This document shows positions 38,101 to 51,629 of a stretch of 51,653 bases of DNA, in pieces. Positions within the stretch are counted from its first letter, which is position 1; each line of letters begins with the position of its first letter. The translations under genes were made by a program, and so were the position numbers. Below the pieces are notes generated by a model. That model was not told the origin of the DNA, made no database searches, and saw nothing but the letters and a program-made list of their open reading frames with translations. This DNA is from Bigelowiella natans CCMP2755 (lineage: Eukaryota > Protista > Cercozoa), in assembly GCA_000320545.1 (NCBI GenBank), contig ADNK01002687.1, positions 1 to 51,653 of the forward strand, in the 5' to 3' direction.

Positions 38101-39764
38101 TAAAGCATGCCCGCATAGGTATAGGTTGCTTTTCCCTTCGATATCTGGCTCTGATTCAATGTGCTTCTTCACTACCTGTTGTAGCCGAAGATTGGATGCG
38201 TTTTGAAATAAGTCATATTTCAAAAAACATAGAACGAAAAGCGCAAATACTCCTCGAAAAGCGAAGCAAAATGATATATGTTTCATACATGTATTATCGT
38301 CCACTCTCTTTGTGCCATAGATCAAAACATTGATTGTTGAGTTCGTGTTGCTCATACACACATTTGAGCCCTTTACCCTCACCCCGCATTGCACTATTGA
38401 TTTGTGGTATGCATAATGAAAAAAAAACCACCTTCCACACCAGCTCAGGAACATTCTGTGTGCCGCAGTGGAGAGCAGAATCAACTCCGCTGTGAACCTT
38501 AAAGTGTTGTAATTTGGAGAAAACAAATCGGCTTTCGGCATAACGATTCGATGGCCTTCAGGCTTTTATTAGGTGTTTTTGTCTTGTTCTTGTCTTCTTC
38601 ACACTTTAGATGTATATATAGGGTTATCATCAGATATAACCGCCATCGCCACCACCATCGTCATCACCATCATGCGTCTAGTTTGGCAACGAATTTACCT
38701 TCAACCCATTGCGACAGGTAATTCCTGGGGTTAGATTTAGCATCCAATCGGTTGATTCAGAGCTTCCTCGGAACACCACGTGTAGGTTGATTCCTTGTAG
38801 GGAGAAGGTGACGATAAAAAAGGGGAGGGAGGTCAACAAGTTTCTCGAAGAAGAATGAAGACATGTGCAGCAGTCAATGTGTGTATGGGTCAAGTGATAA
38901 GATGACCTAGGATGATGATGAACCATACAACGTCAATAATAATGCAATATAGGATGTGTTTTTGGAAAACACTTCATTGTCGTTTATCGTCTAACGGATA
39001 CAGGATGAGCATCATAAGCTGCATTGGCTGGACATTAGTTATTACCTTTGCGGAACATTCCCCATTGGATTAGATTTTCCTCATGCGGCCACACTAGGTG
39101 CATGTAGTCAGGAACCTTCCATCATGAAGGGAGAAAGAAGGCAAGGGCGGAGAAGAATATATAACGTCCTCCATACAAATAACGTTCTAGTAGACGCATA
39201 TTTCCTGCAATTTTTTTTAAATTCTTGTACCGTATAATACTTTACCAAGATATGAATCAGTTGCCAAAATTATCACTATACTAATGATGCGTTTATTAAT
39301 TAGTTTTACCAATTTTCGAGCAATCGACGAATCTCGTGGTTTAGCAGACTATTTTTTAAGCAAAAACGCAATAGTCCAGTATTATGTAAAATTAATGAAA
39401 AACAAATATAAGAGGTCAGTCAGGAGCTGAAAGACAAGCAAAATACACACAGGCATAGAAGACACAAAGAGAGAGAGGAAAAGATTCATCGACAGTTTAT
39501 TGAGATACCTGTGTGTGAGATTTCCCTACCGAGTACATGTATGAACTAAGTTGCGCACATGCAACAGCCTGTGTAATGAAGCAGGAAATCGTTCAAGATG
39601 TATAGGCCATATGTGATCGATTTTCTATCAAATCAAGCTGTACTATGAGATATTACCTGCCGTGGACGAAAGTGCTTGCGGCAGGCTTGAAGGCCTTTCA
39701 TCTTCATCTGTTGCGTGAACATCGTTTCGTCACTGAGGGCTTCCTGTCCATTGGCGGCTCCCAT
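35109..39764 (-). CDS. Class-3 lipase-fold protein with nucleophile Ser replaced by Ala, possible C-terminal C2-like domain; both ends uncertain
   Basis: AVACAQLSSYMY; HVVFRGS..STDWMLN; GLK|VHSG; LYLCGHALGGAYAQL; TYGS|PQ; VVEDDPVPRL; DHRINGY. Candidate start MGAANG at 39764. Confidence 0.8.
35449..35505. repeat. 18-bp tandem repeat, about 2.7 copies
   Basis: atttgagctcatcccctt repeated. Confidence 0.85.
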
Positions 39765-40566
39765 CTTTGGAACTTCTTTGTCTCAATTTGACCGATTTCT
39801 GTTTTTCAAAGAGGATTGATTGCTGTGCCCCGAAAGAACGGATTCTGACGTTTCGCACCAAATTTCTATCTAGGTTTGTGCGGCAGCTCTTCCGTGTCAC
39901 CATGCAACGATCCAAAAGGCTTTCCATCTGCGCTGCCAGTGCGGCGCCGCGAAAACGAAAGCAGTTTGCCATGGTGAGACACGGTATCGGCGCATTTCTT
40001 TGAGCAAATAAGTCAAGGCCTAGCGCATGTCAATGGGAAAAAGTTCGCCAAGTAATCACAGAGCTTGCAGATTCATGCAAGAATAGCCTGTTATCGATCG
40101 ATCACTCCGGTAGTGACATTTGCGGAAGAGAGAGCGGCACAACTCTTTTTGAGGCATCGCTGCCGATGAAAATTTCGGCTCGAACTCCATGTCTTTTTAT
40201 TGGAGCGACGCACCTTTTGTTGTCGCTAAAAAAGGAATCGGTCCCATTTTTCTTTCCCGCAGAACATCCATTTTCCTCGGTCGATCCCATCTGTGTTTAT
40301 TCACCGAATCTACTAGGAATTTCTTCAGAAGATGAGATCGATAAATATCGTAATAAATATATCTTAAATGAGTACATAATGGCAACAAATACAACAATAC
40401 CACACCAACAAGAGAAGCAAATAGAATAGCTTCCCGGATCACGCCCCCCCCTGCTGATGCGCTTAAACAACTGAGAATTCGCGGCGAGGAAGCTTCTATC
40501 CCCACCTTGCTCAGAGCCCAAGGTTGACAGCGACGGCATTGGGCCGATTGTGGGGCGGGGAAGCCA

Positions 40567-42918
40567 ATGGAAACCCTGCACACAATGGAGCGAGAGAAGA
40601 AGCGCTCGCCGCTATTCCTGAGCTGCGTCGTTATCGGGCTATTGTGCCTCGTGTTCTACGGTAAGTGTTTGATCTTCTGTTTTGCGACTTTGCATCTAGA
40701 GATAGAAATGCCAATATATGCCGTGTCACAGGGATATCCACAACCAAAGAGGAGGACTCCGATGACATCGCCCCTGCAGTGGAAGACCAGTAATACTTAC
40801 TTATTCCATGCACATATACTTCACAATCACTGCACGCCAGTGATGTGTTCAACGCAGCAATCATTTATGCGATATATCTAAGACCTATTACTACCTTATT
40901 TTCAGATACGTGAAGAAGAGAAACTCAAATCCTAATCCAATGTAAGTTGTTTGCCGTGTACCATAAGCGCCTTTAAGGCTATGCGTCTCATCAGTACAGC
41001 AACCGATATGTTTCCTTCTCCTTGTTTACAGAGTCTGGTTCTCGATTCGTATTGGAAAGACTTTGCTGACAGAACGAGTTGTATTTGAGCTCTTCGTTGA
41101 TGTGGTATGCCAATGACGATCATGATGATGATGATGACGACGATGATGACGACGGTGATGACGATGATGATGATGATGGCTCTTGACCTGAAAAGTTATT
41201 GGTTTTGTCCCGGTGTTATATGAAAGAACAGAAGCACAGGGTAGATTGGGAAGGGGGGCGGGGGTACTGAGAAGCATGGTGCGATGAAGTTATTTAACTG
41301 CAAAAGAGCGCAATCATCGACAATCTTCATTCCCAACTCTAACTTCACTGCCGTCATCACCAGCAGCAGGCAACTATAATATACTTTCCTCTACTTCCAG
41401 GTTCCATTGACAGTAGAAAACTTCCGATGCCTATGTGTGGGGCACACGCGACGTTCTGATGGGAGACGGCTATCATATAAAGGATCACTTTTCCACAAAG
41501 TTGTTCCCGGTAATAGAAGGAGGACTCGCTGTGTGTATCTACCATCTAAAGGAAAAATAAAAACAGTGAAAACCAAGCAAGATAATTGTAAATGACGAGG
41601 AGAGAAGCAACCAACTTGAAAGAACAAAGGAACGAATTCTCTCTGTTCACACTCATCTTCACACACCACCAGGTTCTTTCGTGAAAGGGGGGGATATAAC
41701 TCATAAAAATGGCACTGGTGGGTATTCCATATATGGCTCTACATTCCCCAACGAAAACTTCGTGGTAGTGCTAATAACAACTCGTTACTACTAATTGCAA
41801 ATAGTGCAACACCATGATGCTTTGTGCTGACTGGCAAAACGAGGAGGATTATTCACGTCGCAAATCCGGCACAATCTGTGTATGACACTTGCATTGTTTG
41901 CATGATCTCCTCGCGCTCATCCCTCATCTGCCAATTCTGCTGATTGCAAAAGGGTTGGTTTCTCTTTTAATCAATCGTCAGTACTACCGGATCAGTAGCC
42001 CCCCTCATAAAAATGGCGACTGTTGTTAATGAATGAAGCGTCACTGATAACACCTGAGGAAGCCAATATAATAACAATCATTGTCATATGCACAGCTATC
42101 TCACACAAGAAAGTACCTCTTATCCATGGTAAATCTTAATGGGCCTGATACTACTGCATCACAAGTAATAGAGTTAGTTAGCTGCGACGATAGAAAATGA
42201 TGATGATGACGATGATGACAATGTTGATGATGATACTTAGCATTGCTTATATTCCTCCGTTCAATTGTTTCTTCCTCTGAATATTGCCTTTCTGATTATT
42301 CATTGCGTCTACTGAGGGAGCTCTATGGCGCGTCTAGATTATTGTGATGACTGTTTCCTCCTCCCCGTTGATAGCTGCTTCTGATACGACTTCCTTATCG
42401 GGGATGATACATTATTAGTTTCTTATCACGACGGCACGTGCTCCTTATTTAGATGGTAGACACGTCGTTATTGGCAAGGTAGTTGCTTTAGCGTGATAAA
42501 AAATGAATGGGTGTGGGGGGGGGGGCTTTTATTTAATATTGTACTAGCTGGGGATGGTTTACCATTTATCATCAATCCATATGATGTGTTTGATTGTTTG
42601 GTAGGTTATTGCAGGACACGATGTCGTGGATGCAATAGAGATTGAAGGAATGAAGAAAGGTGATTTGATTGTAGTCGAGATGATGATGATGATGATCACT
42701 AATTACGACGATGATATTGGCTGATGGTATCACAAACACAAGCGCACAAAACTATGATTTGGATTGATTGTGTACTTATGGCAAATATTTCAATGCCAGA
42801 GAAACTTGCTTTAAAAGTTACGATTGTCGATTCCGGAGAGATAACTAATGAGAAGGAAAAGAGGAAGCTTCTCGAAGCGGATGTCCAAAGCAAGAAGAAT
42901 GGGCTGCGAAAGTATTGA
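40567..42918 (+). CDS. Cyclophilin-type PPIase domain protein with N-terminal membrane anchor and degenerate active site
   Basis: [16 protein letters not shown]; [11 protein letters not shown]...[10 protein letters not shown]|[12 protein letters not shown]; [13 protein letters not shown]|[21 protein letters not shown]; LLSMVN..GPDT.ASQ|FLITT...[11 protein letters not shown]|V; VTIVDSGEI. Confidence 0.92.
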
Positions 42919-44018
42919 AAGTCCTTGATCTGCACGATTTCGTTGCATAAAAGAGTCAAAATGTATAATCATGGTTTTGGCTGTCATGTTATGAGTGACC
43001 GCTGCCAGCTCCGCTACCATCTAGCCATGTGCACACGCAGCTTTCAAACTACATATGGTGTGAAGAACATGTGTATGAAACTACATGTGTTCGTACGCGC
43101 ATAGACGAATATAGCCATAAAGGCTCTATAGCATCACAGCACGTGACTAGTAAGGGTGTGTGCGTAGCTTTGTGCAATTGGATATGATATGCAGTAGTCT
43201 AACTTAGCAACATAGTTATGTACAACTGCAATAACGTGCTGATTAAATGAGCGATGTGATGGTTTCATGCATGTAAACGTTGCATCGATGTGCGATGCTA
43301 TAATGCCACGCGCGGGCTTAGTAATAGCACACGTATATCTAGATATGTTTTATTCGATTTACGCAGCGTTGCATTTGTACGTGGCTTTAGATCACAGACA
43401 TGTAATATGTTATTTAGCATGTGTTCATGTAGCATGTTGCACTGTGCGCGACGCGACACATCTGATGAACATGGCGCAGTCACGTACGCGCGCGCAGACA
43501 ATTGAAATTCAACTAAGATCCGCGTTGTGCGACATATCCCTGACTGCTACTCTTTACCTTCCGTGTAAACGTTAATAATGAGATCGACATCTCTGACGAT
43601 CGATGGCACGTGCGCAGCAAGTTTAGCTGGTAAGTCAGCCTGTGCGCTGCATGTGCGTCATCGCTACTTACGTGAACCTTTTGATCTGCTGGTGCTGTAC
43701 GTGTGCATTTGTGTGTCCGTCCATTATCGGCACAAACGCCTATGTGAATAGCAGCTGCGATACAAGTCGATAAATGCTCAACGCTGGACAGAATGCCGTG
43801 CAAGTCATGGATGTGCCTATCCAAGATCGATCCAATGGCACGATTGGCGCAATTCTTGTGACCGACAAGGCACGCCATCATTTCATTCAATTGCAGCTAG
43901 TTTTATTATCAAAGTTAATTTTCCCTGTATCATTATTCATTTCCTTTTAGTTAGAGTACAGCCACACAAATGACCACTGTTTCTTTAACGGGTCTTCACC
44001 TACAACTTTGCTCTAATG

Positions 44019-44658
44019 TTAAACTTTACATGATAGTCCTTTGTCGTCTCTCTCGCCTTCCTTTGGGGGAAAAACGGATGTTTGATGCAATCTTAGCGCT
44101 GTTGCATTGCGTGCGAACGAAGAGAGAAAGGCATTTGACCAACCGCATCGATTCACATACGCCGCATATATGCGTGATGTATTCAGCCGAATCCCATGTG
44201 ATGCCTTAAATGCCATTCTGTGCATAAGATATTTATCACAGGGCACCACATCAAGAATTTCTGTCAAAAGGAAGTTCAGTTTGTTCCTACTAAAGACAAA
44301 TGCATCTTACATGTGGATATATCAGTAAGCAAATATGAGTTGTTTGTTCTTCAGGGCATAAGGTGACAAGTGCTAGATACTAGCAGCACCACTACACATG
44401 GGGAGGGGGACATAGAGCACCCATCCTTTGAGCTCCAAACGCAGGCGATTGAGTCTCTTGTCTTTTTGTAAATGAAGCCATCATGAACATTCTTGATGGA
44501 AATGGGCAAGTCGCAGGTCAGGAACGCCACGTCAGGAACCCGCAGCGTCTGTACGCTAGCGGTGTCAAGCATGACCTTTTCACAGGTAATATTATTCATA
44601 TATGTATATTCATGTGTGTGTGTGTGTGTGTGTGCAGCTTCTTTGTCCCTGTAAACTC

Positions 44659-44701
<43 letters not shown>

Positions 44702-46520
44702 TTATATGCTATTAATAGATAGAACAAAACCAAAGCAACAGCAGCAGCAGCAGCACCTTAAGCAAGGTCTCTGCATTGACTAGCATTCTTTTTGGATCTC
44801 CATTTGGGTGTGTGCGTGTGACAACGCTGCCATAGAATCGCTTCTTCACCTTCGCTTTAACCCACTCGATATGGTCGCGCAAGGCTAAGGTAAGTCCTGG
44901 GGGATTTCTTACCAGGATCTCCGCCTGTGAGAGGTACGTTTCCGCCCCCCTCCTATCACAGATCGCATCCGTATCACAATACCCGTCAAAATCTTCATCT
45001 TGGCATGCAATGTAGCATGTCCCTTTGGCAACTTCTTCCTTTCTACGAGAAGTTGGCTCCATTCTATCGAGAGCACCGTTGCTGTGACTCCTATTCCGTA
45101 CCCAATCGATTTGTTGGGGAGGGGGGGGCGCTGTGCTGGGTTGCATTCTTCGCAGTTTGGAAGGATTAACGATGGGGGCACGGAAGAATAAGTCACTCCG
45201 AATAATTGCGACGTTCTCGTAGCTGAAAATAGAGGTCATTTGTGTTAGGGAACATGTGTGTTGCAATCGAAAACAATATGCATGGAGATAAGAGAAGAAA
45301 GCGACGAGGAGACTCTTGTAAATCTGACGCTGCCAATGGCCGCAAATGAGAATCCTGTAGTAAAAAATAGGGTGGAGAAACTACTACCTTTTCCCCTTTC
45401 TTTTCTCCCCTAATTCTTCAGCAGCGATCATTTCTCTACATTGGAAACGGTGATAAAGAACGAAGGCGTTGTGCCCCGGGCCGTTGATTAGAGGCGCTAG
45501 AGAGTTACTCCCGCTGCATACGTGTAAAAACGTATCCAGCAAATGAATCTTCACTGGCGACCCAGCGAGAAAGAAGAACCAGTCTCTGAATATGTCATTG
45601 TCATCATCATCATCATCATTCCAACATGATGACTGAGTTTCTATGCGGATGTTTAGAGAGGCTGAGGAACATTCTCCGGGCAAGATGAATCCTCAACCAT
45701 GAACGACCGGTTTCGGAATACCGACGTGACTCACATTACGCTGCCTACTGTTAAGGCACACCACCTTATATTGAGGGAAGGATCCATTACTTCGATCTCC
45801 ACAGTGCGTGGATGAGTGCTGCCATGGCGACCGCTTGCGTTTCTAAGGATATCTGCTGAACTTATGTGCTCATCACCCTCTGTACTGATAAATACGTCCT
45901 GCAAATGATAGCAAATCCACAGTTAGCATACCGTTCTCAATAATTGGAAGTCTTGGGATGACGACGATGATGACGTTAGTACCGCGTCCAACTCCTCGAT
46001 GACATTTTCTCGTATGCTATGACCCGTTAGGTTGAGCGCCCTCAATGTCCCATATAGGCACACAGCATTTTTCCTTAACAGAATGTGCTGCTTATGAGAG
46101 CTTCCATCTCCATTGACGATTAAAGGCCCGTCAGCAGCTCCTTCCTCTCTCGAGGTAAACTCGAATAGCAAGATAAGCTATAATGTTGTTGGTAGGGAGA
46201 CAATGGTACAACAATGCACATGCCAATTAGGGTGCGACTCTACTGATTAGTCTGATGCATACGAGCGGAGAAAGGTGCTGCTTTAACCGCCGCCGTAGAT
46301 TTTTAATGGTTTCAAACGTCAATTCTCTCATTGTGAAAAATACCAGAGAAGTGCAGATTATGAGGCACAATTTGGAACCGACGCCCCTCTGCGTTGTCAT
46401 TTCATCTGTGCTGGCAAGTGTGAGAAGAGGAGGCGTCCATTGATCAGATCACCGATGCTTCACGCCATCGTCGCGGAAGCAGGTGATGCAGGGGGGCCGT
46501 GCGTTTTCTGTTTGCGACAT
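44019..46520 (-). CDS. Type II membrane glycosyltransferase-like protein, multi-exon
   Basis: TM LCLIICTSLVFFTM; AVCLYGTLRAL...SIRENVIEELDA|DVFIST; YENVAIIRSDLFF; DGYCDTDAIC; NAETLLK. The pattern resembles GT-like proteins of algae and large viruses. Confidence 0.6.
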
Positions 46521-46873
46521 CTTAAAATCTTGTCGCACCTAAATAATAAATTAGACGCCGTGGAAACATCGGCTCCAAATACCTTTCCCTTTTGAAGCAG
46601 CGACTTGAATATTTCATTGATTCTATCAGATAATTCCCGTACTAGATCTCGTATACGAGTATTGTAACTTTTTATTCCGTAGATCTAACTGCTGTTATCC
46701 AGAGCTGGATCTAGATCTGGTGTATGTGTGAGTGCGTGTACATCTAGACTTCTGTTAAACACACATAGCATCCGACTAGGCTAGTAGGTACACGGCTTGA
46801 GCCAACACCGGTGTGGAACCAGCAAGGATGCCGAAATCGAAGAACTCCCAAAACTCCCGCAGAGCTTGGAAAC

Positions 46874-47472
46874 ATGGGGAGGTACTTGGGAGATGGCAGG
46901 AGGGGTTGCGAGATTTTGTACATCCTCCATTGTCTCATATTGTTGTCGTCAGGATCATTGATTGAGTGTTGTCTGATGTTAACATTCTTTCACTCCCACC
47001 CCCACGAACATAGTTAGTAGAAGCACCCCCTCGGGACATTTCACCGGAGGCTGCAGCACGTTCTGATGACCACCATCGTCACCATCATCGCCACAATCGC
47101 ATGGCACACGCACGACCCCAGATTACTGACGTGGACGCAATTGACGCAGCGGAAAGAAAGGAGCAGGAGGAGAAGGAGAAAACGAGGAAAAGCGACCAAA
47201 AGTCGCCAATAGAAGAAGAGAACGGCGCGTCTACTTATAAACCTGCGACACTGCTACGGGTGAGCATCTTTCACAAAACCACGCCAATCAGAGACTATAT
47301 GACGAGCTTGAATGGTGTGCTAAGAAGCATCGGTGTGTGTATGCATGCCGTCCTCGTCGTTACTGACTCCAATAATACCTGTGATAACGCCTGTGATTGG
47401 TTGCTAGACTGGGGGCAAACGTAGGCTGACTGAAGCACGTTCTCGCAGGACATCTTTTGCGGTACGTATATA

Positions 47473-47506
<34 letters not shown>

Positions 47507-47977
47507 TGTATCTCATGAATATGATTTGTACTAGAAACGTATAGCATTTCATCACTGTGAGTGGGGACATTGCATATAAATGCAGAGTTATATATGTTTC
47601 CAAGTTTTACTCAAAAGCAACTATATGACAAACGATACTTATTTATTTTAGGTTGAAGCTGCACGATCTTCCGTGGCCTCAGAGAAGAAAATACGTGATC
47701 CAAATTCCCCCAAAATATTAAACATAGTCTACTTTCGATCTTTCCCCCCCCCTCCCCTCCCTCTATATATTTTTACCGTGGATACCAGAGGGATTGGATA
47801 TCGTTGGTTCTCTAATATAAGGCAATATCACTTAATTCATCAGCTTCGATCAAGTCTATGAAGTCTATGAACATAGAACGAACAGTTAAATCACACACTT
47901 ATTGTCACATTTATACACCAACTCCAAATCACGATCCATATTTTCCAGCTGGCCAACAGCAATAAACATAATAATAA

Positions 47978-48009
<32 letters not shown>

Positions 48010-48273
48010 GTAATAATAATAATGAAATAATGCAACTTGGAGTTGCTCCTAAGACTTCTATCGAAAAACCAAATATCGACGAGTCACCATATCAATATAG
48101 GTGTCGGTATCGAATCTAAATGGCCGGGCGGCGGATGACCCTATCAACCTCTACGTTCTTTTGCGAGTTTTTCTGTAATATTATTTTCAATCTGATTTAT
48201 TGTGTTATAACACGTTGATAATACGAACATGGACACACATAGATACACACACACACACACACACACATATTAT

Positions 48274-48311
<38 letters not shown>

Positions 48312-48842
48312 TTTATATGATAAACGCATTTAGGTACCACGTCTGCTTTCCGTTCGTGATCCCGTTTGCAATCTTAATTGACGGGATATATGTGGCTAAA
48401 AATATGAGTTTGATACTGAATTTTGAACCAGATGGTTCTTCTTCCAGATGGATCTTCGGGTGCTACATTTACCAACCATACAGCACCTTCTACACACAGC
48501 CACCCATATTTCTTGATTTATGTTAATTCTATCCATGAGAACTACATGCAGTCATCTGTTTTTGCTGTTATGTTGTTTATTGTTCCTTGGGACAGTCGAT
48601 GAGTACATGTTCTACCCCCTCCTCTCAGTCAACAACTTGTGGACAATCTTGCCATTATTGCAATTATCGTGTTGCACGCTACCAATGAGGACCCTCTCCC
48701 AATCACCACTTTTGTCATTTCTCCGGTATAAAGAATAGAACGCAGTGTGAGCGGTGTTGTCGTGCGCAGCACACGTGTTTAGGCAGTACCAACAAATATT
48801 ATTTGTTTTAGTTTTGGGGAAGCATTTTATGCCGACCTACTC

Positions 48843-48874
<32 letters not shown>

Positions 48875-49972
48875 GCTGTTTGAATGTGTACATAATATGC
48901 TTTTGGTGCCAAATATTACATTCTGTTTGTGGAATAATCTCACTTGAGTGTTGTCTGTGCATGGTTATACTGAACGTTGCTTTGTTATTGCTTGATGGAT
49001 TGCACACAATTTGCTACCGTTGTGTTTTATTGTTACAGTTGGTAATGATGGCGACGCATAGGCTCATGATCGCCACCAAGGTTAACTTACATCTTAGTAA
49101 CGGAAATAAATCTGTGTTAAAACATCTTGAAACGATTGTAGTAAGACAGTATCCTCCTGAGCGACACGTTTCAACGATGTTCCACATAGGAAAAAGATAA
49201 AATTATTATTATTTTCTCTCTTTCATTGGCGCCTAACATCATTGTCCCCCCCCCCCCCCCCCCCCTCTGAAACCTTTGCCAAAACCATCACACCAAATCG
49301 CCTTCGCGTTTCACATTTGTGCTTCTTCGCATTACGACTGAATAGTATGCTATCTTGGACCAAGATACCTGGGATCTATTCTGCTCTAACTACGTCTCTA
49401 GAGATAGTAAGTCAGGACGCATTTGTCAAATAAGACTTCAATTATTTCGTTTGAAGTTGTTATCATTATTCTTATCATGGCTCCTCCCTTTATCAATATT
49501 TGCTGCAGCCTTTGAATGAATGGTGTCCTCTTTCTTTCTTTGCAGTGTTACTTGTATGTACATTTTTGATTTTAAGATCAATGTTTTTTGTGTGCCTTTT
49601 TGCTAGTTCTCTGGCCCTACTTACTTACGTGCGTGTGTTTGCTTCAAACCTTATTTTCGACGGCAGTTATCGCTCAAACGGAATTAGTATCTTGGCTTAG
49701 TCTGACTACCGATGATATCGACAGGTAGTGGTGGCGCAAACACGACATCTCATATTAGTTGTCGTATTGAAGAGAAATACGCTTGCTCGCGCGCGCGCGC
49801 ACAAGCAGAAAAAATGATGTAACGCAACTATCTTTATACTTATGTGTCATGTCATGTGTGTTATTATGCGGTTATTATTTCGAAGAAATATAAGGCGAGT
49901 GGCTAAAAAGTCCGATATAGACTTGGATAACTCTTTTGTCTACCTTGATCCAGAGGTATAACAAAACACACA

Positions 49973-50013
<41 letters not shown>

Positions 50014-50775
50014 ACACATTCACGCACATTCATCGCACGCCAAAATTGAGATGCAGTAGTAATGTCAAAATCCATTTCGGGGAATCATTTACACTACAGT
50101 AGTTGTTCTCGCCGCTCTGGAAACACATGATCACAGGATCGATTCATTTGTGATACTCACTTCGATGTTTATGGGTTCCTAACGTATTGGCAATTCTTTC
50201 TTTTCTCCCCGCTTCCTCCCCTCCCCTTTTTTCCTTCTTTGACTGTGACATAATTAGATCTACGAGGCAATATTGCATGATCCGCTCTGCCCGGACTATA
50301 TTACCATCACCGATTATTACTCAGATACGTTGGAGGTATTAGAGGGGCAAGTTTGTGTGTACGATGATGATGATGGTGATGATGATGATTGTAAGAAGGA
50401 GTCGATAGTCGTGAAGCAGCAGCTATTCATCCTTAATTTCTTCCTTCATTTAGTTCTCAAGAGATCAGTTTGAGTGGCAGCGTTCCCTGGTACCTATAGT
50501 AGTCTTATACCCCACAGTGTGCCGTAAAGATTTATATGTGGTATATAATATATATGAAGGTAAACTATGCTATCCCCCTCCCCCCCCTCCTCTTTCGATT
50601 TACAATAAATAGAGAAAAGGGCTATTGGATAGTGAGGTAGACAAAGTTGTTGGCTCAGCTTGAAGATACGATGAAATAGAAAGAAAATCATCTCCAAGCC
50701 TCTACGATTAAGCCTACACATATGCATATCATTAAAGCACTGAAATTCCATCGTTCTTTCTCTCCCCTTTCTCTT

Positions 50776-50818
<43 letters not shown>

Positions 50819-50826
50819 AAAACAAA

Positions 50827-50886
<60 letters not shown>

Positions 50887-51178
50887 ACTCTCTCTCTCTC
50901 AGTGTTTTAGAGAGAGAAAGAGAGAGAGAGAAAAACAGCGCCCGCGTGCGCGCAGAGAAAGAGAGAGACTTATTAAATCTCGCCCTCGCGCGCGCGCCCA
51001 CACACACACGCACGCGCGCGCGCGCGTGCGCGCGGCTTTTTGTGTTCGCGCGCGTGAGTGAGTCTGTTAGCCCCATCTCTATACATATTTCTCTCTACAC
51101 GCGCGCGCTCTTGCCCCCCCCCCCACCCCCACAGATAGAAAGACAGAGATATATACATCTCTCTCTCACACACACTCC

Positions 51179-51247
<69 letters not shown>

Positions 51248-51573
51248 TACACACATCTGTAAAGACCAAGGCAACAAGCAGCAATGTGTTTCACATAGTT
51301 AGCAGTATATCTTCCATCTTCTAAATGTCGTCGTTAGGTACGGCAAATAAGAACTCGAATGAAGAAGGAAAAATCAGGATTGATGGCTAAGAATGATTCC
51401 CATTCGCGTGAAAACTCCTCAATTCCGTCGTCACAATCGTCACCTCGTCTGTTGTCGTTGCTGCGGCAACACGTCGTTGCGAAATCTCTCGATTTGACTC
51501 TCCTCACGCAACAAGCTGCTCTTCAATTTGACATCTGCACTTCTATCGAACAGTAATTGCAAGAGAAGAGTGA

Positions 51574-51629
<56 letters not shown>

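Noticed and set aside
39765-40560. Separate gene or extra lipase exons (ORFs 39730-39972, 40102-40290)
   Set aside because: They could not be spliced in frame to the lipase and have no recognisable motif; left unassigned.
50885-51302. ORFs with HTHT, YIYI, RERE and CVCV runs here and elsewhere
   Set aside because: Translations of intronic microsatellites.
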